Below are positions 1-12,721 of a stretch of 64,000 bases of DNA, in pieces (within the stretch, counting starts at the first letter, position 1; each line of letters opens with the position of its first letter). The notes beneath the pieces were generated by a model. That model saw only the letters and a program-made list of their open reading frames with translations, searched no databases and was not told where the DNA came from. This stretch comes from Azolla caroliniana (Eukaryota > Plantae > Polypodiophyta). The stretch is taken from positions 5,642,001-5,706,000 of the forward strand of contig JBHGNT010000011.1 in the NCBI GenBank assembly GCA_043228905.1. The letters are read 5' to 3'. Position numbers and translations under genes: made by a program.

Positions 1-417
1 TCACTACGACAACCAAACCCCACTCATGTTTACGGATGAGAGGAAGAGACTTAGATGGGTTTGGGTCGTGGGTTGGTCATAGGAATGATGGGGCAAAAGG
101 AAGAAACGCAAGCAAACGCACAAGAAGAAGAGACAAGAAGAGAGGGGTCCCGCAAAGAGTGATTCTAATCAGGAAGTGAAAGCCAAACTGACTACAAATT
201 GACAGACACTTGATGTGCCTAGTGATGGAAACTCGTGGGGGGGGGCCACCCCAACATACACACACATGTTTCTGGGAGCCCTCTTTGTCTCTCATTTTGT
301 CTGTCTCTTTTCTTTCTTTCTATACGAAAAGTGTGACAGGACAAATGTGACCTTCTAGCTATGTGAATAGATGCTTCACAACCACCATTTTTGGAACCTT
401 CCTTCCCCTTCCCCTTC

Positions 418-667
418 TTGTGTGTGTGTGTGTTTCTTCTTGCTCCTCTAAAATACATACACACATACATACATGGATGCTTGCATACATACATACATGG
501 ATGTTTGCATGCATACATACATGGATGTTTGCATGCATACATACATACATTATTACATACATACACACATACTAACACATATACATGGATGCATGCTTAC
601 ATACGTATATACATACATACATACATACATACATACATACATACATACATACATACATACATACATA
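418..667. repeat. (TG)n and (TACA)n microsatellite block with 24-bp CATACATACATGGATGTTTGCATG-type repeats
   Basis: Directly visible simple repeats. They account for the low-complexity ORFs at 219-762. Confidence 0.9.
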
Positions 668-1476
668 ATGAGGCTCATTTCTTTGTGTTTTTGGTATTTG
701 TCAGGAAGAGGCCCAGAGGGGCATATCCATATAATTAGGTAAAGCTTGGATAAACAAACCAAGAAATACTACTTCTCTGTTCTGTTTTTTTCCCATTCTT
801 TTCCTTTCGGATCTGTTTTGTTTTTTCCTGATTCAGTCAATGGCGGTATGGATTTATCCTGCTACCGTGTGTGATTCCTGTGTTCCCGATTACCCGCGTT
901 CTGTGAGTGAATAAATCCAATTCCTTTCCACATTTCCTGAAGTGGGTTTCATTTCCTTCTTTTTTTTTCTTGTTGATTTTTTTTTTTTGGCCGCGGTTCT
1001 TGTTCCATACCACTTCCCTTTCCTTTTGAGTGATTATTCCACACGATCTGAGGGGTGCGAGTTTTTGCTTCGTCTGTGATTTTCTGAAGTGGGTTTTGCA
1101 GTCGATCTTTTGATAGATCGAGGGTGGATTTTCTTCTTTGCTATGGTGCTGGTCAAAACCACTTGTTTGGAGTGATTCTTAACAGTCTGGTTTTCTGAAG
1201 TGGGTATGTAATTGATCTGAGAGATAAAAATGCTGGGTTTGATCAAAACCACTTTCCTGTAGTCATTAAATTCCACATGTATTAAGGTGGTTTTCTGAAC
1301 TTGATTCCGATCGAAAATCACTTGTTTTGAGTGGTTACTCCCACATAATCAGAGAGGTAGGCCTTTTCTTATTAGTGATTTTCTGATTTGGGTATTGATC
1401 TACTTTCTTCCAGTGATTATTCCCACATGATCTAGGTTTCTTTTTCTTCATTTGTGATTTCAGCAGAGAGAGAGAG

Positions 1477-4410
1477 ATGCCTAATCTAAAGTTAGTAGTG
1501 GAGGTTTGTCATGCCAAGAACCTGCTAGCTAAAGATGGAGATGGCACTTCAAGCCCATATGTGGTGATAGATTTTGATAACCAGAGGCTGAAGACAAAGA
1601 CTAAAGCTAAAGATCTGAACCCAGTATGGAACGAGAAACTCGAGTTCAACGTCAGTTCAAAGAATGTCCTAGAAGAAGAATCCATTGATCTAAGTGTGTA
1701 TACCACTAAGAATGGGCAGAATAAGTCTCTTGGGAAGCTCTCCATACCTTGCTCCCATGTGAAGAAGAAAGGCTCAGATGCCTCAGATATGATCATTTCC
1801 TACTCTCTTGAGAAGAAGAGCGTGTTCACATCCATGTTTGCTAAAGGGAAAGGAGAGATCTACTTGAAGCTATACCACTATGAGCCTGAAGCCCCCAAGA
1901 AAGAGGAGAAGAAGGAGGAGAAGAAGGAGGAGAAGAAAGATGAGAAGAAGGATGAGAAAGGAGGAGGAGGTGAAGCTAAGAAACAAGAGAATAAGCCCAT
2001 TGGTGCAACCACTCTATTTGTGGAAGAAGATGTGGGCAGCTATGATGTGAAGAGAACAAAGCCTAATCTGGTCTCACACAAAGTGGTCCATGACTTGGTC
2101 ATGCCAATCCAGTATCTATATGTCAAAGTGGTCAAGGCCAAAGACCTTGCTGCCAAGGATGTATCGGGTAGCTCCGATCCTTATGTCGAAGTCAAGGTCG
2201 GTAATGCGAAAGCCACCACTGAAGTCAAGAAGCAGACCTTGGCCCCGGATTGGTCTAGCAACAACGTCTTTGCGTTTGCGACCAATACCAATGGAGCCCA
2301 AACGGTTGAGATCACAGTCTGGGACAAAGACACCGTGACCAAAGATGATTTCATGGGTTATGTTGGATTCGACTGGAGTGAGATCCCGACCCGAAGACCC
2401 CCCGATAGCCCTTTAGCTCCCCAGTGGTATAAACTGGAGCCAAGGAAGGATGAGAAGAGAGTGAAGGGAGAGATCATGCTCGCGGTTTGGCTTGGTACCC
2501 AAGCCGACGAAGCTTTCCCAGAGGCATGGCAATCCGACACCGGTGGCATGGCACTCAACCGCTCCAAGGTCTATATCTCCCCCAGGCTGTGGTACCTTCG
2601 CCTGACACTGATCGAAGCCCAAGATCTTATACCTCCTGGAAAAGACATACGCTTGTATGACGTGTCTGCGGTCGTTCATCTCGAGGGCCCACATACACAG
2701 GTTCACACCCGAAAGGCTTCCCCCGGCCGCCGTGGCGGTGGATCGGGCTCAGCTATTTTCTCGGGGGGCGAGATTCTCTTTGTCGCCTCGGAGCCTTTTG
2801 TCAGCAAGCTCGTGATCAATGTCATCAACAAGGTCTCCAAAGACAAGACTGAGATCATTGGTGCAGTCGCCATCCCTCTCTACAATGTCCCCAAACGGCA
2901 TGACCGCAAGCCAGTGGAGCCAAGGTGGTTCGATCTCGAGAAATCGGAGAAGAAAGCCGAGGAATCAGGGAAATCCGGAGAGGCAGGGGCGGCCCCGAAG
3001 CCTGCCACGGCAAAGTTCACGAGCCGTATCCATATCGCGGTGAGCTTAGATGGAGGGTACCATGTGCTGGATGAGACAGCCTATCACACTAGCGATGTCC
3101 GCCCTACCGATCGGCGCCTATCCAAAAAGCCAATGGGCATTCTTGAGCTCGGGATTTTATCCGCCGGTTCGTTGCTCCCGACAAAGACCAAGGATGGGAA
3201 AGGGACGGCAGATGCTTATTGCATTGCGAAATATGGCAAAAAATGGATCCGGACGAGAACTGTGGTGAGTAGCTTGGCACCTCAATGGCATGAACAATAC
3301 ACTTGGGAGGTCTTTGATCCTTGCACTGTGCTCACTGTCGCAGTCTTTGACAATCACCTTGTGAGCAGCGATGCAACGAAGAAAGCCGAGAGTGATAAAG
3401 ACTCCAAGGAAGCGAAAGAAGCGAAGCTCGATAGCATCATTGGAAAGATCCGGATCCGGCTCTCAACACTGTGTACGGATCGAACGTATACACATGAGTA
3501 CCCTCTAGTGAGCCTCGAAAAGACAGGTGTGAAGAAGAAAGGTGATCTTGAGATTGCCGTACGGTTTTCTTGCACTGCGTGGTTCCCTCTCATCCGAGCT
3601 TATTCCCAACCATTGCTCCCGAAGCTTCATTACACGGAGCCGTTGAGCATGGAACAAGTGCAAGAGCTACGGAAGGTAGCGACGAACATTCAGATCCATT
3701 ATCTCCAGAGAGCCGAGCCGCCCATTCGAGCCGAGGCCGTGAGGTACATTCTCGATGTAGACACCCACAATTGGAGTTACCGCCGAACAAAAGCAATGTG
3801 GAGCCGATTCTCGTCGGTGTTCTCGGGTCCCCGGAGGCTAGCAAAATGGCTCCACGAGATATGTATGTGGCGCAACAAACTGGCGACTGTCCTAGTCATT
3901 CTACTCTACATGATTCTGGTATGCTTTCCTGAGCAAATACTGCCGACACTCTTCCTCTACATATGCTTGATTGGGGCATGGCACTGGAGGTATCAGCCAT
4001 CGCATCCTCCGCATATGGACATACGGCTTTCGCAAGCCGCCACTACAGTGGAAGAGGAGCTAGACGAAGAGTTTGACACTTTCCCGTCTTCGAAATCGCC
4101 CGAAGTGATCAAGCTGAGGTATGATCGGCTCCGGCGGCTGGCGGGCCGCATCCAGAGCGTGCTCACCGACTTTGTGTCCCAGCTCGAGAGGATACACGCG
4201 CTGCTGAGCTGGCGTGATCCGCGAGCCACGTCCATCTTCGTGGTCTTCTCCTTCATATTCGCGATCGTTCTCTATGTCGTCCCGCTTCGAGTTATCGGTG
4301 TATTGCTCGGGCTTTACTTCTTCCGGCCCCCTCGATTCCGGCAACGGGTCCCCAGTGCCCCCATGAACTTCTTTAGAAGGTTGCCTGCCTTATCTGATTC
4401 AATCATTTGA
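1477..4410 (+). CDS. MCTP: Multiple C2 domain and transmembrane region protein (FTIP1/QUIRKY-like), intronless CDS
   Basis: 977-aa ORF with four C2 domains (KLVVEVCHAKNL, YLYVKVVKAKDL, LWYLRLTLIEAQDL, GILELGILSA). A KKEE-repeat linker follows C2A. The C-terminal PRT_C/TM region reads HPPHMDIRLS..ELDEEFDTFP..RYDRLR..LLSWRDPRAT. The acceptor TTTCAG just upstream of the ATG suggests a 5'UTR intron. Confidence 0.95.
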   Translation: MPNLKLVVEVCHAKNLLAKDGDGTSSPYVVIDFDNQRLKTKTKAKDLNPVWNEKLEFNVSSKNVLEEESIDLSVYTTKNGQNKSLGKLSIPCSHVKKKGSDASDMIISYSLEKKSVFTSMFAKGKGEIYLKLYHYEPEAPKKEEKKEEKKEEKKDEKKDEKGGGGEAKKQENKPIGATTLFVEEDVGSYDVKRTKPNLVSHKVVHDLVMPIQYLYVKVVKAKDLAAKDVSGSSDPYVEVKVGNAKATTEVKKQTLAPDWSSNNVFAFATNTNGAQTVEITVWDKDTVTKDDFMGYVGFDWSEIPTRRPPDSPLAPQWYKLEPRKDEKRVKGEIMLAVWLGTQADEAFPEAWQSDTGGMALNRSKVYISPRLWYLRLTLIEAQDLIPPGKDIRLYDVSAVVHLEGPHTQVHTRKASPGRRGGGSGSAIFSGGEILFVASEPFVSKLVINVINKVSKDKTEIIGAVAIPLYNVPKRHDRKPVEPRWFDLEKSEKKAEESGKSGEAGAAPKPATAKFTSRIHIAVSLDGGYHVLDETAYHTSDVRPTDRRLSKKPMGILELGILSAGSLLPTKTKDGKGTADAYCIAKYGKKWIRTRTVVSSLAPQWHEQYTWEVFDPCTVLTVAVFDNHLVSSDATKKAESDKDSKEAKEAKLDSIIGKIRIRLSTLCTDRTYTHEYPLVSLEKTGVKKKGDLEIAVRFSCTAWFPLIRAYSQPLLPKLHYTEPLSMEQVQELRKVATNIQIHYLQRAEPPIRAEAVRYILDVDTHNWSYRRTKAMWSRFSSVFSGPRRLAKWLHEICMWRNKLATVLVILLYMILVCFPEQILPTLFLYICLIGAWHWRYQPSHPPHMDIRLSQAATTVEEELDEEFDTFPSSKSPEVIKLRYDRLRRLAGRIQSVLTDFVSQLERIHALLSWRDPRATSIFVVFSFIFAIVLYVVPLRVIGVLLGLYFFRPPRFRQRVPSAPMNFFRRLPALSDSII

Positions 4411-7400
4411 TGATGATCCTATGCTAACTATTGACGTAACCATGGTCTTTCTTGACCAAAGGGTTCTCTTTACACTATTTTTCTTTATTAATCACATCAT
4501 CCTAGTATATGCAATTATGTCATAGGTTCAATCCTAACCGCGGCTTTTTCCCCATGTATTTATGTATGTATGAATGTATGTATGTATGTATTCCATGGAT
4601 TTCTCCTTTCCATGGTGAATATAACCTGCTTTAATAAATATATGTATGTATGTGTGTATCCTTGCTCCAAAGTGTAAAATTGGAATTTGTAATGAGGCAA
4701 CCTATGTGCTTGTTTGAATCTTTTGCATCATGGTTCTTCTTCATCTCTTTGGATCTTATCACTCTTATGGTTGGAGCTTGTTTCTCTCTCTCCTTCCACC
4801 AGACATTGTACCCCCTCCCCCAAACACCGCGTGGCTTGAATTGCTTAGGTGTTGAAATGTTTCTTGTCAATCTAAATCGCATCTCATAAGATAAAGAAAA
4901 ATCCTTTGGAAGCTATGGAACATGAAAAAAGTGGTGTTTGTTGTATGTCCACCTTGATGGATGGTTCTTTCTATGATTGTATGTAGTGAGGAAGTCATGT
5001 TTGCATGGTCAGTCAAATGTGTCCACAAGCTCAAAGTAATGGATGATGGTTAGTTTTGGATCAATATCATGACTAAACACATCCTACTATCCTTGTAGTA
5101 GATAGTTTTCCATCTTTAAGAGGCACAAAGATATCCCCAACTTCTAGCTTCTTTCTTTTGAACCCTTTCTTTGCAAGTTTCCATAAGAAGACATTTACCT
5201 CACATTTGATTATGTTTTAAAAGTGTGTTATCAGAGGAATGCATCTAGGGTTATTTATAATAGTTGTGATTAATATGTATGAGAGGAATCCATGCATGGA
5301 ATTAGGGTTTTTAGAGTGTCTCTACTATGCATCCACAATTTATATTTACGCTTCGTGACAAGGTCTTTCTATTACATTACATCCTCTTTTTTAGGTCTAC
5401 CTTAATGGCACTACCATTAGATGGTGTAAATTGTTTTTGGTAGTGAAATATAGGAATTTTTCTATATGTTGTCACACAATTCGGCCCCTTCTATTTCATT
5501 GAAATGGATGCCATTGAATAGCTTTAGCCATGCAGAAATATTGTCACTTCCAGAGGACATAGCGACATGAGAAACGTAACCAAACATGTGTCTCTATAGG
5601 TTACTCATGTAGACTCGATTTCATTATGAAATGCTGACTTCGTTAAGGAAAAGGTATTTCATAGAAGTACGTTTTTCTGCACGCAAGTAGGAGAAGATGA
5701 GTTGGATAAAGACATCCCTATTTTTGTGAGGACAAGTTTGTGTATTATTCTCAAGGATTTATCTCGTGCTTCACCATGACTGTATTGCTAATCTATAACT
5801 TCGTCCAATGTTTGACAAAACTCTCTTCGAATCAATAAACTTTGCATTATGAATAATTGTTGGATCTTTTATGCCAATAATATAATACCGACATAAGAGA
5901 CACCAAGTATCATCAAATACAATGTAAGGGAATGAAAGTACTTTCTATTATGAAATGTGTTAATTGTCTATTCATGTTGTTGGATAGGTAGTCAAAATGT
6001 TTGAAAAATCAACATAATCACCAAATTGATAGCTTATATTATTGTGTAAAATATAAATAACAAAAGATGTGCCCTGGTGAAAGGCGAGTGCATGCATTGA
6101 GGCATATCTTCTGGAATTATAGTAGGTAATATGCATTAATGAAAAGTAAAATTCTTTCAAGGGCTTTGCAGAAAGGGTCCGGATCTTGCGAAGATTGTAT
6201 TGCCCATTCAATAGAATAGTAGTGTAGAATAGTAGCATGCTTGTAAAACCTTTTCAACCGATTGTGAACAATAGTATTTGTGAGATTGACAACACACACA
6301 ATTAGACAATATTTTGAAACATTCTTCCAAAATTAGGTAAATGATGAATTTATTGATCATGTTTGTATAATCAACTTTAGTTTTATCTTATTCAACAAAA
6401 CAATTTAATTAATAAAGGCAAAGAAAAATTTCGAGCACCCAATGTCATGGATATCAAACATCCAAGAAGCAAAGAGAGTTCATTTTTTCAATACTTAGAT
6501 TGATGCATATTTGTAAGTATCTTTTGCTCCATGTCACCTTAAATTCAATGTACATGGGCCAATTTTGAAGAAATGTTAAAACATAGTGACATTTGGAAAT
6601 ATTTAAGGCATAATCATAATGAGAAATTATACTATTATTTCCTATTTATAAATGATGTTAGATACGCCCTATTGTGGATATGCTTCGAAGGTCAAACATG
6701 ACCGATGGGACCAAAGCGAAACACGATCAAATAGTGTGTGGAGTTTATTAGTGACTCTTGGGTCTTGATGTTCACGAATTTTACTAATGAACATTGCAAT
6801 TCACATTGTGACTACGAGAGAGATTTGCATAGGTAGAAGACCAGATTGACGATGGTTGGTGAGCAAACTTGAATGTGATAAAAGATAGAGCATTATAGTA
6901 GACCATGCCACTTAGATTCACAAAACTTGTTTAGAGAATAAAAAACTCAACTAGTCCCCTCACTTGTGCTCCTACGATCTATCTCACATATTGAAGAGAA
7001 TGTGAGCTAGGTTATATGAATCCAATGATGCAAATAATGGCCAAAGGGATGGGCTCTTAGCACACATAGGCAATATGCAATTTGCTCAAGTGGAAAAGAA
7101 GATCATTTTGGGGTTTTGTACAACATATGTAGTATAATGTGTGAAACTTAAGCCTCCACATAACATTGACATTATAAAAATAATTCATTCACTGAGGAAT
7201 CTATTGATGCATCATAAAACTAGCATAATGATCTCATCTTCTAAACCATTTCTTCATATCTTACATCCGAATTTGTTTGAATATTTTATTACTTGCTTCC
7301 CATGTGATTCTAAGAAATGGATGTGAGGTTTTCTTCTTACCTTATGCTTGCATGTACTCAACAATCCTTTTTTCATGCTTATGATCTCGGGAAATAGAAG

Positions 7401-10269
7401 CATCCATGACATTCCAAGTGAACTTACAATGCTTTTTCGTACTTGGAGAAAGATTGATATATAAATAGATTTTCTTATTGTCTTCAGAGGTAAAACTGAT
7501 CTATGGATATAGTGTATCTTTCTTGTATATCAATATGATATATGTGACAAATATATTGCTTGACTAAGTTCATAATTTAGACCAAGCTCTCCCAAATATA
7601 TAAGATTAGAGATGAGCTCTTTTACTAGTGTTCTAGTGTCATAAAAGTTTCCATAATACGTCATGTATTCCTCTCTTTATTAACATTGCCTTATAAATGG
7701 CAGTGCCGTGTTTTTAACCCTTGGAATTGTGTAGAGCATTTTTATAGGAGAAAGTGTTATTCTTGGTTCTTTAACTCAAGCTCTCTGAGTATCCTCAACA
7801 CGTACATGCCCTTGTGTGCTTTGCATTTTATACCAAACTTTTGTATTCTCCCCTCTTTATTGGCATGATGTTCAATGTGCTTTGAGTTGCTCAAAGTGAG
7901 TTCCTAAAGCTACATTTACTAGGGAGAATTGGTACTACATAAGATTTCTATTTCTGTCACAAAAGTTACATATTCTACTTTTCTTATCTTTGCCTTTCCA
8001 TAGTGAATCCATTGTGGACATATTAAAACAAAACATCACATTCCAAACACAATAGGAAACATTATTGTTGCCATTTAAACACTATACATATACATATACA
8101 TATACATATTTGTAGACATTAGACACAACACACATGTGAGGAATGCATCTATCAATTGGTGGTAGGTAAACACATGTTTTAGAATAACCAATGACGGTCT
8201 TAGGTTAAGTGGTGACAACAAGTTTAATACCCCTAAGGCCATGACTTAAAGCTAATAAATCCATAATTGGTCAATATATATTGACTAGTTTGAGTAGATT
8301 CTTCACAAAAATTATTCTATTTAATACCACACAAACTCATTGAATATGGTTTTACAAATCCGTGTTTCATAAAGTTAGTTTAACCAAGACCATGCAATCA
8401 ATTTTCTTCTTTAAACACAACTTTACACTGTTCACACTTTATAATTTCCTTTTCATATACCATCCCCAACACACAGGTTCCGTATAATAAGGCTTTAAAA
8501 ATTCACTTTTTAGGACCACTTCTATAGGCAACGTGATTTAACAATACATATAGAAATTAGAGAGATTGATGTCATCATGTGATGTATGTTCTTGAACTCA
8601 CAAGTTTTGACAATCTTTGAATAGATATTATAAGTCGCATCAACTAAGCAACTTAGCTTGGCTGAAAATGCATCTCCATATGCATGTGACGGAGTCCAAA
8701 ATATTACATACATAGAAATTTCAGATTGTATTCGATGCATCACTCAAAAATAAAGGAGGCAGTCCAAACTAAAATGATCCAATATGCCCACATTCTACTA
8801 ATGCCATTAGTTACAAAGCCACGTGAAACAAGTTTTCCGATAGAATACATCAAACTACATATCCTACAATGACATTGGTTCATTATGTCATGGCCTTCAT
8901 GGTCATAAGCTCCACTTTCATTGAGCAAAAGTCATGGGAAAGGTGTTGTAGCTCAATCCAAGAAAAGTGATAAGGATGGGTGATGAAGTAGTATAGCAGT
9001 GTTGATTTTAGATATGGTAGTTTGGGATCGTGATTTGGAAAGGTGTTGGTAGAATTTCTAAACTATGGAAACACATAATACCCATTATTTAAAAAACAAT
9101 TGTTAGGTGAGGTAAAAACCTTTTATACATACATACTTGATTCCCAATTTTGTAAATTTATAATTGCTAGTATGGAATCTTTTGTTGCTACCTAAAGTAA
9201 TTCAAAAGAAGCTAAAAAAGCAACTCATCATAATGAGCATCATAGGCTTTTTGCCATTTCAATTTTCAATTAGTCTTTCTTTCTAGAATCTACACTTGAA
9301 GATTCCAATGTAACTTACACAATGCTATAGCTAACTACAAAAGTAGATGTGGATTTATAACCCACTCATGATCATAGTTTTTATGTATGGTACGGAATCC
9401 ACAATCTAAACACAAAGTGTGCAAGCAGAAACTATATTGTAAAGATAGTCATCCAACTCTCTTTTAAGCTTGCATACAACCAGTACACATTCACTCTTAA
9501 GCTTGGGAGCTTGAATGATTCCAATGACAACTTGCACAAATTGATTTTGAGTTTACTGAACATCATTTGTTCAAAATGTGGGATCAAATTGCAATCTCTA
9601 CCATTGATAATTTCATCAGAGAAGTCGTACAAACTACAAATATTTCCACAAATAATTAAACCAGTTAATGCCTCTTAATAATCGTTTTAGTAGGAATGGA
9701 TTTATGCCATTTTTACTCGTTGATCAACTACAATTGTAATGCTTTTCAATTTCCTTTCCGAAAAGTCTCTTCTTAATTGAATGTTGTTCTTTAGAACCAC
9801 CTTGCGCTCAGTGTAGAAACATACCATTTTCTACCTTTTTTGTTGATGAGACAAGAGAATGTGAGTGCCAATCACCCTCAAGCTAGTTACGTTAGCCGAA
9901 CTACTAAAACAAACTCTCAACTCAATCTACGATTTAATAACACATATAAGGATCGGCGTTCTACTTAACCACAAAAGAGACTTACCATGTTCCCACACAC
10001 TTTGATATAACAACAATAAGTCAAGGGTTGCCAACTTGGTATATCTTCTATTATCCTATAATAATTATAATTTATTATGATTACAAAGGTTATAACTTAA
10101 AATTTAATAGATGATTAGAGGGCAAGAAGCATAAGCTTTAACACTAGGGAGATATGCTAAATGATGACAAACCCTTGTAAAAAGTTTATAAGTTCACCTT
10201 TATGGCTCTAATTATAAATATATCCTTTTCAAACTCGCTATAATATTAAGGTTTATAGACATTACCATC

Positions 10270-10830
10270 ATATCCTATTAAGAGTATATAGATACATTAC
10301 AAAGGTCAAGAATATGCCGAATCATCAATTACCACGTATTGCTTGGAAGGTTGGATGTAAGCTACAAAAGAATCATAAGAGTAAAATTCTCTCATTCGGT
10401 TGGGTTGTTGACATAAGAAAATGGTTTAGAAGATGGGGTGTGGATGATCTTTTAGAGCTTTTGGGTGATACTAGGCAGTATTTAATTATTGAGGAAAGGC
10501 TGGTGGAATAATTAAGAATGAAGTAGGAAGATGCTAAGGGGACAAATCTAGAATACTACATTGCAAATGTCAACCTTGATTGTTGGTCTCGATATAAAGC
10601 AAGGAGGCCTATTGATTGTATACAACCTTATCTCATTACCAATACTTGGTAGAGGATGAAGGCATGGTAGAGGATGAATGTCACTTGCTCTTCACATGCT
10701 CGACATATAGTGCAATTCGTTCAAACGTCTAGATATGCTTACATACTAAGAGGGAATTTGATACTAAGACACCACCTAGAAGGTTGAGCTCATATGTGTT
10801 GCATTATTGACGTATCGAGACTTTGTACTT
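10270..10830 (+). mobile_element. Degenerate LINE 3' fragment (end of ORF2)
   Basis: MPNHQLPRIAW motif, then stop-riddled sequence and a CCHC-like remnant (EDECH..FTC.TY.AIR) typical of non-LTR ORF2 C-termini. Confidence 0.5.
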
Positions 10831-10935
10831 CAATGTATGAATACCCCATTTTAGTAAGGAGACGCATATCAAGAACACATGTATACTCTGGTCCGATAGG
10901 TCAAAATTGACCTCTTTATGGACGATAAAAAATCT

Positions 10936-10973
<38 letters not shown>

Positions 10974-12721
10974 TGGTGAAAAAACACAATTATATTAATA
11001 AATGTGTGAAAAATGATACAATGATATTACAATTGAGTGATGTCACTTCTAAATGGGTAGCAAGACATGCTAAACCAGTAATAGGCAAGACAAAAACTTC
11101 ACGGAAGAAAGAATTTCAACTTTCTCCAATTTGTAAATTTGCCACATCAATACTCCAACTTTTAATATATTTTCTCTAACTCCACGTCTACCATCAAATA
11201 CACAAGCATTACACATATCCCAATCATGAAAAGATCCCAAATATTGTAGGAAAAGGAAAACAATGTCCATCTCTGATTTCGGCTTGATCTCTGTGTCAAA
11301 ACTTGACAAATCTGAAATATGTAACTCCATATCTGATGAGCAATTAGACATTGTAAAAAAGAAATTTCATATTGGTAGTTCACATCTCTTTAGAATTAAT
11401 CCCAAAGCCAAACCTCCAACCTATTATTTCCGAATGAAGAACTTTTTGTTGGGAAACAAGGTCCCTCTGGATGGGAAGGAGAGCACGAGCCGAATCAGTA
11501 GGATCCGAAGGAAAATAGAGACCAGATTTGGATCTGAATCCAGATAGACATCTGGAAGAGGCCACATATGTAAATAGGTTTAGCGTTGTGCCTATTTAGG
11601 CCAGATTTCTAAATAACCCTAAGTTATATAAGTATAAATATAACTAGAGCAAAATGTTGAGAAACGAATCGCCAATCCACAAGAAAAGGAATATGCTGAA
11701 ATACAAAACTCTGAAACACAGAAAACAGTGTACACAAATTTAACGTGGAAAACCCTAAAGCGAGAGAAAACCATGGAGAATGGAGCTTCACTATACAATG
11801 GATATACAACAACGAGATCAGAGTACACTCAGACTGTACAAAGAGTGTAAATAGCCTCACAGGGCTCTTGGTGTATGTTGTTTCTAAAACACAGTTATGG
11901 CATCACGCACTAACTCACGCTCCCACACACTCTCTTCTCTATCGCGCTACACTACAGAGGTTCACCCACATATCTGCATGTTCTATTTGCCCTAGGTGTA
12001 TTTATACTAATACACAGAATGGGCTATTTACAATCATGGCCATTATTATTATCCAATAATAATAATAATAATAGTCTTACTAATCAATCGACTCATTCGT
12101 CAACTGTCGGGTCGGTCCGACTAATCGGCCTAGTCATCGACCATCCGGCCGGTCCGACTAGCCAGTCGTGTCTTCGACCTCGATCAACTCTCTCTGAGTC
12201 GACTCCTCAACCGTTGGCTCTCATCCGATCAGTTGGCTGCAATAAAAGTCTTCGACTATCGGCTCTCTCTGAGCAGTTGGCAGCCCACTGGAGGGATATA
12301 TTCCTAACAAACTCCCAACAAACTCCCCCTTCACTCCTGTGGGGAGGAGTCCGTTATTCCTATCCTTTGTCGACAAACTCTAAGTCGGTCCATCGATAGG
12401 TTCTTTGTTAGCATGTCGGATCCATTGTCACCAGTATGGATCTTCACGAGGGTAAACTCTCCTTCTTCGACTTTCTCCTGTAACCAGTGATACCTTCTCT
12501 GTATGTGCTTGGTCCGAGAGTGGTATGCAATATTCTTGGCTAGATGTATAACACTCTGGTTGTCACAATGAAGCAAGAAATCCCTTTGCTTCATCCCCAA
12601 ATCGTTGAGAAAGTTTGTCATCCAAATCAGCTCCTTGCCAGCCTCTACTGCTCGCATGTACTTTGCCTCTGTGGTCGACAAGGCCACATACTTCTGCAGT
12701 CGTGACTGCCACGACACTGCT

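Noticed and set aside
2-20. CACTA transposon terminus
   Set aside because: No partner TIR or subterminal repeats were found, and it lies at the window edge.
219-762. His/Cys/Tyr-rich ORFs (also 31964-32432, 42950-43466, 61818-62015)
   Set aside because: Translations of microsatellites and low-complexity DNA.
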